DNA of 56,240 bases from Bacteroidales bacterium (GCA_029942245.1 JAOZTN010000002.1:19255-75494); one strand, 5' to 3'. Shown: positions 17,314 to 27,198, counted from the stretch's first letter. Notes: a model not told the origin generated them from the sequence alone. A program made the numbers and translations.

Positions 17314-19731
17314 TCATTGCCTGATTACCTTGCAGCTACTCTTTTCTTTCCCATTTACAATCAGACATAAAATATAAGTTCCCGCACCGAGAAGAAGGCC
17401 TGATCCATCCCTTCCATCCCACCTGAGCTCACCGCTTCCGGCCTGCCCCTGGACATCCATAAGAGTTCTCACACAACGACCGTTAAGATCATAGACTTTC
17501 AATTGGGTTTTTCCTTTTTCAGGGTTTTGATATTGAATTGTGGCTTCGTGGCTGAATGGGTTGGGCCATATTGAAATAAGTTTTGAGTTTTGAGTTTTGA
17601 GTTTTGAATTAAAATCTTCAATTCCAACCCATGGTCCGTGTTCATAGGCGCCCATATCGATGTAGCCATTATGCACCCTGGGGTTACCGGCCAAATCGGT
17701 TTCGGGAAGTTCTATTTCTGGAGGAAGCTCGAGTGTGCCGGCATCGATGCAGGGTGAACCTGCTTGCAGGTAGTAAGGGTACTCTCCCTGATTGTAAAAC
17801 ATGGGATCGGTATCAATGTTGCTGGCAGCGTAGTTGATCACATTTTTATAGCCTACCTGCAATATCTCTTCCTGTCCGCCCTCAAACAGGCTATAGTACA
17901 CGTTGAGTTTACAGGTATCCCAGGGGTATTCATTCAAGCTGTACATATACATGCTGCCCTGTGGATTATTATATAAAATGCAGTTGTAGAGGCTCATTTC
18001 GGCATCGGAAGTTACGCCAAGTGCCTTTATGTTAGGATTATCGGCATAATTGCCTGTAAATGTGCAATTAACAGCTGTCGCCTTAGCACTTTGATAGGCA
18101 CCCATGGCAGTCCAGCCAAACTGTGGATATTCAGAATAATGCTCTGTTTCGGTAAAGGCACAGTTGATAAAATAAACATTGAGCGAATCATTGTATTCGT
18201 CGGTTCCACCAACATGTGCGCCCGCTCCACCAATTAATTCCGGATCATAACCCGGTGGTTTGTTCTCATTAAATATTGTATTCCTCACAACGACTGTATC
18301 GGCTTTTAGCAATACAGTATCCTCATAATAATAGAAAGTATTTATTTTTAGTGCGGTATTCCCATGATTGCTTTCAAATACACAGCCGTCAATCACCAAC
18401 TGGTGCGTTTCTGACATTGCACATGCAGCACAGCTTCTTGAAACTCCTTCTTTAAAATGAACATTCTTCAGATTTATATTATACCCATTCAATATCGAGA
18501 TACCACAAACATATTCATGGAAGCCATGGTAATTTCCGTTAGAATTATATATAGTAAGATCGTGCATCCCATATGAGTGGTAATATTTATTGACCTTAAT
18601 ATGCGTAGTGCTTTGCTCTGCATCCAGGATGGTAGCTTCCGGCCCTGCACCAATCACATCAATATAGGTGCGCATACTCATCGGGAACCTCTCTCCCATG
18701 GAAGGCGTATAAATGCCTTCAGCAAGGTAAATGGTGTTTTGTTTCGTACTGTCGCTCACAATTTTTGCCATGGCGAAGGCTAGGTGTTGCAATGGTTCTT
18801 CGGGAGTGAGTCCGCTGTTGGTATCACTGCCTGTAGGGCTAACATAGAGGTCAGCATTAACCGATGTGGTTTTGCTGTTTTGCATGCTGGCAATGATATC
18901 AGTAGGGTACACTGGATTATTATAGGTTGAGCAGGAATACAAGTGGTAGCTTTCAGGCTGATCAACAGTAAAAGTGTCAAGCGGAATATACTGTGCTATT
19001 GAAGCAATATCACTGCCCGGACAACCGTAATTACAATATATATTGCATAAGTTGATAGAATCAAAATTTATTATTCCACTAACTATCCCCCCACCATCCA
19101 TATAAGCGTGGTTATAACATATGCTTGTACCAGAAAGCGACAATTCCCCAGCAGATACATATAAGCCACCACCTTCCTGATTGGCAAAATTATGCGAGAT
19201 GCGCGAATTTATAATTGAAACTACCGATGAACTTAAATATATTCCACCCCCATTTCCTGCTTTGTTGCGAACTATTTTACAGGAGATGATTTCCAATTCA
19301 GAGCTCTTTACCCAAATACCACCTCCGGGATCGCGTGAAGTATTGATATTTCCTTGCCCGTTTGTAATAGTAAAACCTTGTAACAGGGAAGGATGGTTAA
19401 CCGTATCGTAATAAATACAGCTATTGGTCTGGTTCCCGTCAATAATTGTTTGGTCAATATATATTGGGTCATTGGTAGTGAGATGGAGGCTGGCCAGGGA
19501 GATCCCCTTGTGGTTTAGCTTTAGGTTTTCGACATAAGTGCCCGGCCATACCAGCACCGTATCCCCATCCTGGGATGCATCAATGGCCGGCTGTATTTGA
19601 GTAAAGTTGCCGCTGCCATCCTGTTTTACCGTAATGATCTGTCCGTATAAAGATTGTTGGGCAATCATAAACAGAGCAAACATGAATGCAAATACTACAG
19701 CTTTTATTATATGAGATATATTACTCTGCAT
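17314..19731 (-). CDS. Secreted right-handed beta-helix repeat protein with a T9SS type-A C-terminal sorting domain
   Basis: 805 aa. Signal peptide (AVVFAFMFALFMIAQQSLYGQ). Opening motif VKQDGSGNFTQIQPAIDASQDGDTVLVWPGTYVENL, and GGGIY/GGGLY/GGGIV repeats typical of pectate-lyase-fold proteins. C-terminus: IWPNPFSHEATIQY...LKVYDLNGRCV...GTYILCLIVNGKEKSSCKVIRQ. Confidence 0.85.
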   Translation of the reverse strand: MQSNISHIIKAVVFAFMFALFMIAQQSLYGQIITVKQDGSGNFTQIQPAIDASQDGDTVLVWPGTYVENLKLNHKGISLASLHLTTNDPIYIDQTIIDGNQTNSCIYYDTVNHPSLLQGFTITNGQGNINTSRDPGGGIWVKSSELEIISCKIVRNKAGNGGGIYLSSSVVSIINSRISHNFANQEGGGLYVSAGELSLSGTSICYNHAYMDGGGIVSGIINFDSINLCNIYCNYGCPGSDIASIAQYIPLDTFTVDQPESYHLYSCSTYNNPVYPTDIIASMQNSKTTSVNADLYVSPTGSDTNSGLTPEEPLQHLAFAMAKIVSDSTKQNTIYLAEGIYTPSMGERFPMSMRTYIDVIGAGPEATILDAEQSTTHIKVNKYYHSYGMHDLTIYNSNGNYHGFHEYVCGISILNGYNINLKNVHFKEGVSRSCAACAMSETHQLVIDGCVFESNHGNTALKINTFYYYEDTVLLKADTVVVRNTIFNENKPPGYDPELIGGAGAHVGGTDEYNDSLNVYFINCAFTETEHYSEYPQFGWTAMGAYQSAKATAVNCTFTGNYADNPNIKALGVTSDAEMSLYNCILYNNPQGSMYMYSLNEYPWDTCKLNVYYSLFEGGQEEILQVGYKNVINYAASNIDTDPMFYNQGEYPYYLQAGSPCIDAGTLELPPEIELPETDLAGNPRVHNGYIDMGAYEHGPWVGIEDFNSKLKTQNSKLISIWPNPFSHEATIQYQNPEKGKTQLKVYDLNGRCVRTLMDVQGQAGSGELRWDGRDGSGLLLGAGTYILCLIVNGKEKSSCKVIRQ
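17580..17608. repeat. Four perfect heptanucleotide repeats (sense strand TCAAAAC x4) inside the CDS at the passenger/CTD junction
   Basis: The plus strand reads GTTTTGA GTTTTGA GTTTTGA GTTTTGA. This translates as NSKLKTQNSKL, immediately before the CTD start ISIWPNPF. Confidence 0.9.
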
Positions 19732-22700
19732 ATATAATCTTTTGCGTTATAGAATAATATGTGGAGCTTAATCGGATGAAATACATGCCAGGGTTCAGGC
19801 CCCTGCTTGCCGCATCCCACTCAATGGTGTAGCTGCCTTCTGCTTTTTCTCCCTTTTCTATCACCTCGATGTTCCTGCCGTACATATCATATACTTCAAG
19901 CCTGATTTCAGTTTCAAGCGGGTTATACAGGCTGATATGGCATATGCCAGTAGTTGGATTGGGCCAGCAGTGTAAAGTAGCATCGGAAAGCGTGGGGATC
20001 TCTTCAATTTGATCTTTCAGGGAAATAAAATATATGCCCTGATGCTCACTGGTGTGTATGGTGCGCTTTTCCCTGCGAAAGGTATTTTTGTTGAGTACAA
20101 GGTATTGTGTAATCCTTGGGCTGACTGATTTTGCAGATCCAAAATGCTGTTCAATGGTAATATCACCGCTTATGCCTTCGGTATAAGCCTGAAGGTGACA
20201 GAGGCTATCATCAGGGTATACAATCTCTGCTCCAATGCAGGTATCACCCACAAAGGCAGCGATCTCTACAGGGTTTTGCCCGCTGTCGAGTTCAATCACC
20301 AGGCCTTCATAGGATGATTGCTCGGTATAGCTGTAATATTCCACTTCATCGCTGGCTGTATTATCGGTAGTTTTATTGAGCCAGTTGTACTGAAAGTTAA
20401 AAACATCTTCCCGAGCTTTAACCTTCACCATATCTCCAAATTCAAGCCTCGCAGTATGTGGGCATGTCCAGTCCCAGGGAATCTCCCCCCCTCCCTTATA
20501 TACAGCTGTTGATTTATTTGGATTAGGCATGCGTGCACAAAACCAGTCCTGCCCCTTAATGGATTCGAGGTCTTCTAAAACTTCAGAAAAAGCATCAAGC
20601 GGATAGAGGGATTGTGGTAACCAATAACCTAACCAGTTATCCGGATCAGCATTCGCATAGATTTGAGCTATGCTTTCATTAGGAGAAAGCAGCTCTCCAA
20701 ACATAGCCAGGTTGTTTTGAGTGGGTGGAGATATGTATTCAAGATTAAGGATGTAGCCTTTCTTGGTGTTGACATAATTTAGCTCTTCTAGATCTCTTGG
20801 CTTCCAGGACCCACTCCCTTGAAACCACACCCAGTCGATGTATAATTCATTACTATTGTTATTATTTTGTCCTTCCATTTCACCACCATTATCTTCTCCA
20901 AGTTCCTCTTCAATTCTTCCGGTTAAAGCAGTTACGGAAGACATATTACCATTTGATTCTCTGTCAAGCATGGGGAATGATATCCAGTTTAATCCATTTT
21001 CAAGAGGCAAATTAAAACTTGGTGAGAATGAAACTTTACTTACACAACTATGGCCACCGCATGGGATGTAAATAGTGCTGTTATAAGGATTGACCAAAGG
21101 TGTAATTATATTATAGAACAAGTAGTGAAAATCCGGTCCGTGATCATATTCCGGATAGTAGGATGTGAGTTCAAAGTCTGTGTATTGAATATTGTTCTGG
21201 TTTATAGGATCCTCAAGCGGATTGAAACTAATTAAGCGCATTTCGGTATCCCCGCGTTTCACTTCATCCGTTCTATGAAACAAATACATTTTCCCATCAT
21301 ATTCATTATGAAACATTCCTCCCATCTGTCCTTCAAATGATGCTCCTGCTAATTCCTGGATTAGGATTTGGTTTTCATCATTGAATAATTTATAAACTTT
21401 TGCTATCCGGTGGTCCTTTTCGTTTTCCTCAAATGCTTCATCGCTTAATGCGAATAATTGATCTATACTAGCACAATATGCAACATCATTAAATGACTTT
21501 GGGTATTCGTACAGCACCTCATTAATATAGTCATACATATAGCACTCTTCTCCAATTATGAACATCTTTCCTTCATATTGAGAGTTTTCAAAACCAGTCG
21601 GGCAAATAATCTTTTGAGGGTGAGAAAGGGTTGCTTGAATAATAACGAGTTGGTCCTCATCAATTCTACAGAATACTCCGGAACCCATATCGTAAGGAGG
21701 CGTATTGCTGTGCATACTATTTACTTCAGTTAAATACGGATCAAGTGTTATTGATTTTGGATGAATAGTTGCATATACTTTTTCATCAGCCGGATTATAC
21801 TCGAAATAGCTTGAAAAATAAGCGTAGTTGAATGATAAAGTACCTATATTATCATCCAAATCCAAAGTGTATACTGTTTGCCCGGCATTTTCTATCACTT
21901 TATAAACTAATATCCTGGGAGCCTCACCTTGAACCATATTAGCAAATACATAAAGTTGTTTGTTCGGGGCAATAAACATTTTTTCAGGTTGTATAATATC
22001 GATGGGAAGTTCTATTACAGATTCTAATGTATTGTATTCGTCGTTTTTTATTACTAAAATTCTTGATGAAAGTACATCATTAGACCTTTCTCCAATAAGA
22101 AACTGATCAGTATAAGGATTATATACGCAATCACCTATGCTTTTTGTTATATTGTTATCAGTATAAGGATTGCCACTAGCATCAAGGTCATCATTAATAT
22201 TGATTATACTTTCGTTACCAGATTCATCAATACTACAAACATATAAGCCGGCACCCTGGGTTTCCAATTTATTGAAAAAGTACACCTTATCCATATCTTG
22301 ATCACCTGTAGCATGGTAAACCGGATAAGCGGTTCTGGTTCCAGATACCTGTGTAGTATTAGTATTATTAATTCTTTCAAAGCCGTTAGATGAAAGGTTA
22401 ATGATATAAGAGAGCCCTCCAATATTAACTCCCGGCCCAAAAAGATTACTCTCTGCTCCCTTTACTAGTGTTGTTTCATAATGTTCTGCACCACCAACGT
22501 ATGATAGCTTTGATATTTCATCCTTCTTGCTTATCAGTAGACTATTAATATTTATAGGTAGTAACTGTATGGATGCATTAATATCATAATCGTGAGAAAG
22601 CGATGCTAAATCTGTGTTCAACGTTGTCAATTTTGTGAAGTCAGCTGAAGCCGCATCATTAAGGTGGTAAACTACGATGTCATGATAGTGGTACAAAGGG

Positions 22701-23815
22701 TCTCCTTGCGAAGTTGTTTCATTTTCATCTGGAGCATAGCTTAAAACCAGATCATTATTCCCAGAAAGGAAGGCTGCATCCGTAATTCGTTGACTTGGAA
22801 CAGGATAGTTTTTAAAATCATCCTTAATGATAGCATTGTCATGATTGCCCGCCAGCACAAAAATATCTGCCTCCTTATATGTCAAAGGATCACTATTTGG
22901 ATATCTGTATGGTAGGAAAACAATTAAGTGCGGAGATGTACTATTTATATATAGTATTTTGCTAAATTTATAGTTAGGTTCATCATTCGGTGGAGGTTCA
23001 GGTAATGGACTAAAGTATTCAAAGCCATCAATTTCAAATTCAAAGATTTCATCATCATCAATTGGATCAGAAAATTTCCTTACTTCAATACGATTTAGTT
23101 TTGTAATATAATAGTATTCAGAATTAAGCAGTTGGTTGAATGCTATGTCAGAAATTGCATACTCACGATAATCAGTATTATCTTTAATCTCATAATCAGA
23201 TAATGCCAAATCTCCATTCAATGCATCTAAAGTATAAAGACCTAAGAATCTTTTTCTTGAGTGAAAATTTCCAACATGGGGATACTCAATATTGCCGGTA
23301 ATGGCTACCCAGTATAACCGATTGTTTTCACTATCAACCTTAATAATATTTGATCCACATAAAGGATTAAAACTACCTTGATCAAGCCCTGTGATATTAT
23401 CATTGAAAGGATCGTATGTACTAATTATATCATCTTCAACGAATATATGTTGTTGATCAAAGTCTACTTTGATGGAAATAACTTGCATATTTGGTGTAAC
23501 CACATAAAGTATCTTTGTTATTTCATTATAAGCCATAAAATTAATGGAGCCGGTAAATAATCTTGGATTATAGTAAAAAGGATTAAACTTTCCCCAGTTT
23601 TGGTCTGAATCAAATGCAATGTATCCTCTGGGAATGTCCCCTTCAGCATTTGGAGAATATACGAATACTTTATTGAATGAATAAAAGAAAATAAATCCGT
23701 TTGCTTCGATTATGTCATAAGCCATTGTACCTCCAGGGAAATTGTTGCCTGCTGGAGGTATAGGGATATTGTCCATGGTTTGTGAGAAACCTGGATGGGA
23801 TATTCCAATTATCAA
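19721..23815 (-). CDS. Very large orphan secreted protein with a T9SS type-A C-terminal sorting domain
   Basis: 1364 aa from a TTG start. C-terminus: CWPNPTTGICHISLYNP...LEVYDMYGRNIEV...GMYFIRLSSTYYSITQKIIYAE. No other domain was recognised by eye. It overlaps the downstream cargo gene by 11 nt. The true start is probably upstream, near 23854 (see findings). Confidence 0.75.
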   Translation of the reverse strand: MIIGISHPGFSQTMDNIPIPPAGNNFPGGTMAYDIIEANGFIFFYSFNKVFVYSPNAEGDIPRGYIAFDSDQNWGKFNPFYYNPRLFTGSINFMAYNEITKILYVVTPNMQVISIKVDFDQQHIFVEDDIISTYDPFNDNITGLDQGSFNPLCGSNIIKVDSENNRLYWVAITGNIEYPHVGNFHSRKRFLGLYTLDALNGDLALSDYEIKDNTDYREYAISDIAFNQLLNSEYYYITKLNRIEVRKFSDPIDDDEIFEFEIDGFEYFSPLPEPPPNDEPNYKFSKILYINSTSPHLIVFLPYRYPNSDPLTYKEADIFVLAGNHDNAIIKDDFKNYPVPSQRITDAAFLSGNNDLVLSYAPDENETTSQGDPLYHYHDIVVYHLNDAASADFTKLTTLNTDLASLSHDYDINASIQLLPININSLLISKKDEISKLSYVGGAEHYETTLVKGAESNLFGPGVNIGGLSYIINLSSNGFERINNTNTTQVSGTRTAYPVYHATGDQDMDKVYFFNKLETQGAGLYVCSIDESGNESIININDDLDASGNPYTDNNITKSIGDCVYNPYTDQFLIGERSNDVLSSRILVIKNDEYNTLESVIELPIDIIQPEKMFIAPNKQLYVFANMVQGEAPRILVYKVIENAGQTVYTLDLDDNIGTLSFNYAYFSSYFEYNPADEKVYATIHPKSITLDPYLTEVNSMHSNTPPYDMGSGVFCRIDEDQLVIIQATLSHPQKIICPTGFENSQYEGKMFIIGEECYMYDYINEVLYEYPKSFNDVAYCASIDQLFALSDEAFEENEKDHRIAKVYKLFNDENQILIQELAGASFEGQMGGMFHNEYDGKMYLFHRTDEVKRGDTEMRLISFNPLEDPINQNNIQYTDFELTSYYPEYDHGPDFHYLFYNIITPLVNPYNSTIYIPCGGHSCVSKVSFSPSFNLPLENGLNWISFPMLDRESNGNMSSVTALTGRIEEELGEDNGGEMEGQNNNNSNELYIDWVWFQGSGSWKPRDLEELNYVNTKKGYILNLEYISPPTQNNLAMFGELLSPNESIAQIYANADPDNWLGYWLPQSLYPLDAFSEVLEDLESIKGQDWFCARMPNPNKSTAVYKGGGEIPWDWTCPHTARLEFGDMVKVKAREDVFNFQYNWLNKTTDNTASDEVEYYSYTEQSSYEGLVIELDSGQNPVEIAAFVGDTCIGAEIVYPDDSLCHLQAYTEGISGDITIEQHFGSAKSVSPRITQYLVLNKNTFRREKRTIHTSEHQGIYFISLKDQIEEIPTLSDATLHCWPNPTTGICHISLYNPLETEIRLEVYDMYGRNIEVIEKGEKAEGSYTIEWDAASRGLNPGMYFIRLSSTYYSITQKIIYAE

Positions 23816-24126
23816 AATTAAAAGTGCAATTAACTTTCTTCTGTAGTTTTTTATGGCTTTATCGGTTTTTAGGCTATTGATTTATATCCAAACTATTTCG
23901 TGATAAGTTGTGTTTCTCAGCAATCAGATAAAAATAGCGAATTTTAGAATTCTTTACAAGCCAATCCACTTCTATTTTTGATAAAGCACATCATACTTTA
24001 ATAAGACCTGAGCACTGTATTAATCTTTTATCACGAACAACATTGTTAAAAATCTATAATAAACTTTGACCATCAGAAGCATATTTCTTAAAATGCCTAT
24101 TTTCGCTGTCTCATTCAATCGCTTAA

Positions 24127-27100
24127 ATGAAGCATCCCATGGATAATTATACCAAACTGAACCGCCTCATCGGGTGGATCGTCTTTTTAATTGCAACAAT
24201 CGTATATTTTCTCACTCTCGAACCCACAGCAAGCTGGTGGGATTGTGGCGAGTATATCGCAACGGCCTATAAACTTCAGGTAGGACATCCTCCCGGAGCA
24301 CCTTTGTTCCAGCTCCTGGGGCGCTTCTTTACCCTATTTGCCTTTGGCAATACGGCAAATGTGGCTATGATGATCAATGCCATGTCGGCCCTGAGTAGTA
24401 GCTTTACAATACTGTTCCTTTTCTGGTCAATCACTATGCTGGCTAAAAAGCTGGTTCCATCCAAAGGAGAGATGTCTCAGAGTAATATGATTGCCATCCT
24501 GGGAAGCGGTGTAGTTGGTGCGCTTGCATTTACTTTTTCAGATTCATTCTGGTTCTCAGCAGGAGAAGGGGAGGTGTATGCCATGTCATCCTTCTTTACA
24601 GCCATCACATTCTGGGCCATATTACGCTGGGAACGCGTAGCGGACGAAAAGCATGCCGACCGATGGATCATCCTCATCGCATTCCTTGTCGGACTGTCGA
24701 TAGGTGTTCACATGCTTAACCTACTGGCCATTCCGGCAATCGCCTTTGTCTACTATTTCAAGAAATACAAAGCCTCCACAAAAGGTGCCCTGCTCACATT
24801 TGCAGTATCCATGGTCCTGCTCAGCATCATCATGTGGATCATCATACCGGGCATTGTCAGCCTGTCTACTGCCTTTGAGCTTTTCTTCGTGAACAGCCTG
24901 GGTATGCCATTCAACTCCGGAACCATTGTTTACTTCCTGTTGCTCATAAGCCTGATTGTATTTGCCCACACCATGACCATAAAATACAAGCGCGTAATGC
25001 TGAATACGGCATTATTGAGCTTTGTCTTTATCCTGATCGGATACTCATCTTTTTTCCTGCTTATCATCAGAGCAAATGAAAATACACCTATCAATGAAAA
25101 CAGCCCCGAAGATGCCATTTCGCTGCTTTCATATTTGAACAGGGAGCAATATGGCAGCTGGCCAAAGGCTTACGGACAGTATTATACAGCTCCGGCGGTG
25201 GATTATAAAGATGGCAATCCCTTGTACATCAGGGATAAGAAAGCCGGGAAATATGTGATCACCGATCAACGCCTTAGTACCATACCTGTGTATGATAAGC
25301 GTTTTACAACCATCTTCCCAAGGATGTGGAGCAGTCAGAAACCGGAGCATAAGCGCATGTATAATCAATATGCCCGGAATGCACGTACTATCAATGTGAA
25401 TGGGGAGAATAAGAAGAAACCATCCTTTGGCGACAACCTTGGATTTTTCTTCGACTATCAGCTCGGACATATGTATTTCCGCTACTTTATGTGGAATTTC
25501 GCAGGACGGCAAAACGATATTGAGGCCCAGCCGGGGCCCAAGAACGGAAATTGGGTTAGCGGTATAAGTTTTATCGATAATGCCCGTCTTCCATCACAGA
25601 GTAATCTGCCGGAAAGCATGCAAAATCCTGCTCACAATAAGTTTTACTTCCTGCCACTGATCTTAGGCCTTATTGGCTTATTCTATCACCTGAATACAAG
25701 TAAAAAAGATACGCTTGTGGTGGCCTTACTGTTCTTTATGACCGGTCTCGCCATTATTCTTTACCTGAACCAGTATCCTTATCAGCCCAGGGAGAGGGAT
25801 TATGCTTTTGCAGGCTCCTTCTATGCCTTTGCCATATGGATTGGCCTGGGGGTGATGGGACTCTACCAGTGGACAAAAAAATATATGGGCGAGAATAAAT
25901 TTACCGCTGCCGGCATAGGAGTAGCATGCCTCCTGTTCGTACCCGGCATTATGGCTCAGCAGGGCTGGGACGACCATGACCGTTCAGGAAGATATGCCGC
26001 CCGCGACTTCGGGATGAATTACCTGGCGGGATGTGATCCCAACGCCATACTGATCACCAATGGGGATAACGACACTTTCCCCTTATGGTATGTACAGGAG
26101 GTGGAAGGATTTCGCACGGATGTGCGTGTGGTTAACTATATGCTCTCCTCAGGGTACTGGTATGTTCACCAGCTGGGTAAAAAAGTATATGATGCACCAC
26201 CACTGAAATTCACCCTGACCCCTGATCAGTATGAGAAAGGAAGGAACCAGTATATCATGTATGTGGATCGTGGCATAACGGGCCATGTCGAGGTGAAGGA
26301 ACTGATCGATTTTATTGCGAGCGATGACGAACGTACCAAGATGCCTCTCAACTCGGGTGAAACGATCAACTACATGCCTGTTAAGAAACTCAGGCTAACT
26401 GTTGACTCAGCAAAGTGTGTTGATAACGGCATCGTTCCACGTGAGATGGCTCACCTTATCGTACCTTATATCGAATGGGAAGTGAGACAGGGAGCACTGT
26501 ACAAGAACGACCTGATGCTACTCGATTTCCTTGCTAACAACGACTGGGAACGTCCCCTGTATTTTGCCAATCCCAGTTCTCTGAAGAAGGTGTTTGATGT
26601 GGATGAATATTGTCACCTGGAAGGATCGGTATACAAATTTATGCCTGTCAGGGCTAAAGATCATATTCCCGGCCTCGGTGGAATCAATGCAGACAAATCA
26701 TACGATGTTTACATGAATGATTACAGCTGGGGTAACCTGAACGATCCCTCTGTCACTGTCGACCGTGAAAGCTATCGTCATGCCCGTATTCAAAAACAAA
26801 ACTTCCTGAGGGTAGCACAAACGCTCCTGAGCGAAGGAAAACCGGATAAGGCGGCAGCAGTGCTTGATTCATGCCTGTATTATTTTCCTCATGATAAGAT
26901 CCATTACGACATCATCCAGATGCCGATGATTGAGATATATTATGATGCCGGCCACATAGAAACTGCCAATAAGGAATTGCTGTTAATGACGAAAGTCTGT
27001 GATGAACAACTCACATATTTTCTCAGCCTGGATGTTGATTTTGCCGATACCTTTTATTCAAAGGAAATGCAGCAAAATATTGCTGTGCTGCAAAGGATGT

Positions 27101-27198
27101 CGGAAGTGGCCAGGCAGAACGGACAGGATGAACTTGCCGCAGATGTCGAGACAATATTGCAAACGCATATGCTGACGTTACAACTACCTCAGCAATAG
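24127..27198 (+). CDS. Polytopic membrane protein, DUF2723 / GT-C-fold (TMEM260-like) putative glycosyltransferase
   Basis: 1023 aa. N-terminal region LTLEPTASWWDCGEYIATAYKLQVGHPPGAPLFQLLGR, followed by at least 10 hydrophobic helices and a large soluble C-terminal half. The family assignment is from memory of the motif, not from a search. Confidence 0.6.
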   Translation: MKHPMDNYTKLNRLIGWIVFLIATIVYFLTLEPTASWWDCGEYIATAYKLQVGHPPGAPLFQLLGRFFTLFAFGNTANVAMMINAMSALSSSFTILFLFWSITMLAKKLVPSKGEMSQSNMIAILGSGVVGALAFTFSDSFWFSAGEGEVYAMSSFFTAITFWAILRWERVADEKHADRWIILIAFLVGLSIGVHMLNLLAIPAIAFVYYFKKYKASTKGALLTFAVSMVLLSIIMWIIIPGIVSLSTAFELFFVNSLGMPFNSGTIVYFLLLISLIVFAHTMTIKYKRVMLNTALLSFVFILIGYSSFFLLIIRANENTPINENSPEDAISLLSYLNREQYGSWPKAYGQYYTAPAVDYKDGNPLYIRDKKAGKYVITDQRLSTIPVYDKRFTTIFPRMWSSQKPEHKRMYNQYARNARTINVNGENKKKPSFGDNLGFFFDYQLGHMYFRYFMWNFAGRQNDIEAQPGPKNGNWVSGISFIDNARLPSQSNLPESMQNPAHNKFYFLPLILGLIGLFYHLNTSKKDTLVVALLFFMTGLAIILYLNQYPYQPRERDYAFAGSFYAFAIWIGLGVMGLYQWTKKYMGENKFTAAGIGVACLLFVPGIMAQQGWDDHDRSGRYAARDFGMNYLAGCDPNAILITNGDNDTFPLWYVQEVEGFRTDVRVVNYMLSSGYWYVHQLGKKVYDAPPLKFTLTPDQYEKGRNQYIMYVDRGITGHVEVKELIDFIASDDERTKMPLNSGETINYMPVKKLRLTVDSAKCVDNGIVPREMAHLIVPYIEWEVRQGALYKNDLMLLDFLANNDWERPLYFANPSSLKKVFDVDEYCHLEGSVYKFMPVRAKDHIPGLGGINADKSYDVYMNDYSWGNLNDPSVTVDRESYRHARIQKQNFLRVAQTLLSEGKPDKAAAVLDSCLYYFPHDKIHYDIIQMPMIEIYYDAGHIETANKELLLMTKVCDEQLTYFLSLDVDFADTFYSKEMQQNIAVLQRMSEVARQNGQDELAADVETILQTHMLTLQLPQQ

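Noticed and set aside
17101-23854. A classical tRNA-integrated genomic island or integrative element.
   Set aside because: I see no integrase, no transposase, and no direct repeat of the tRNA 3' end. The AT-rich block also lies on the 5' (promoter) side of the tRNA, not the 3' side. It is kept only as a compositional anomaly.
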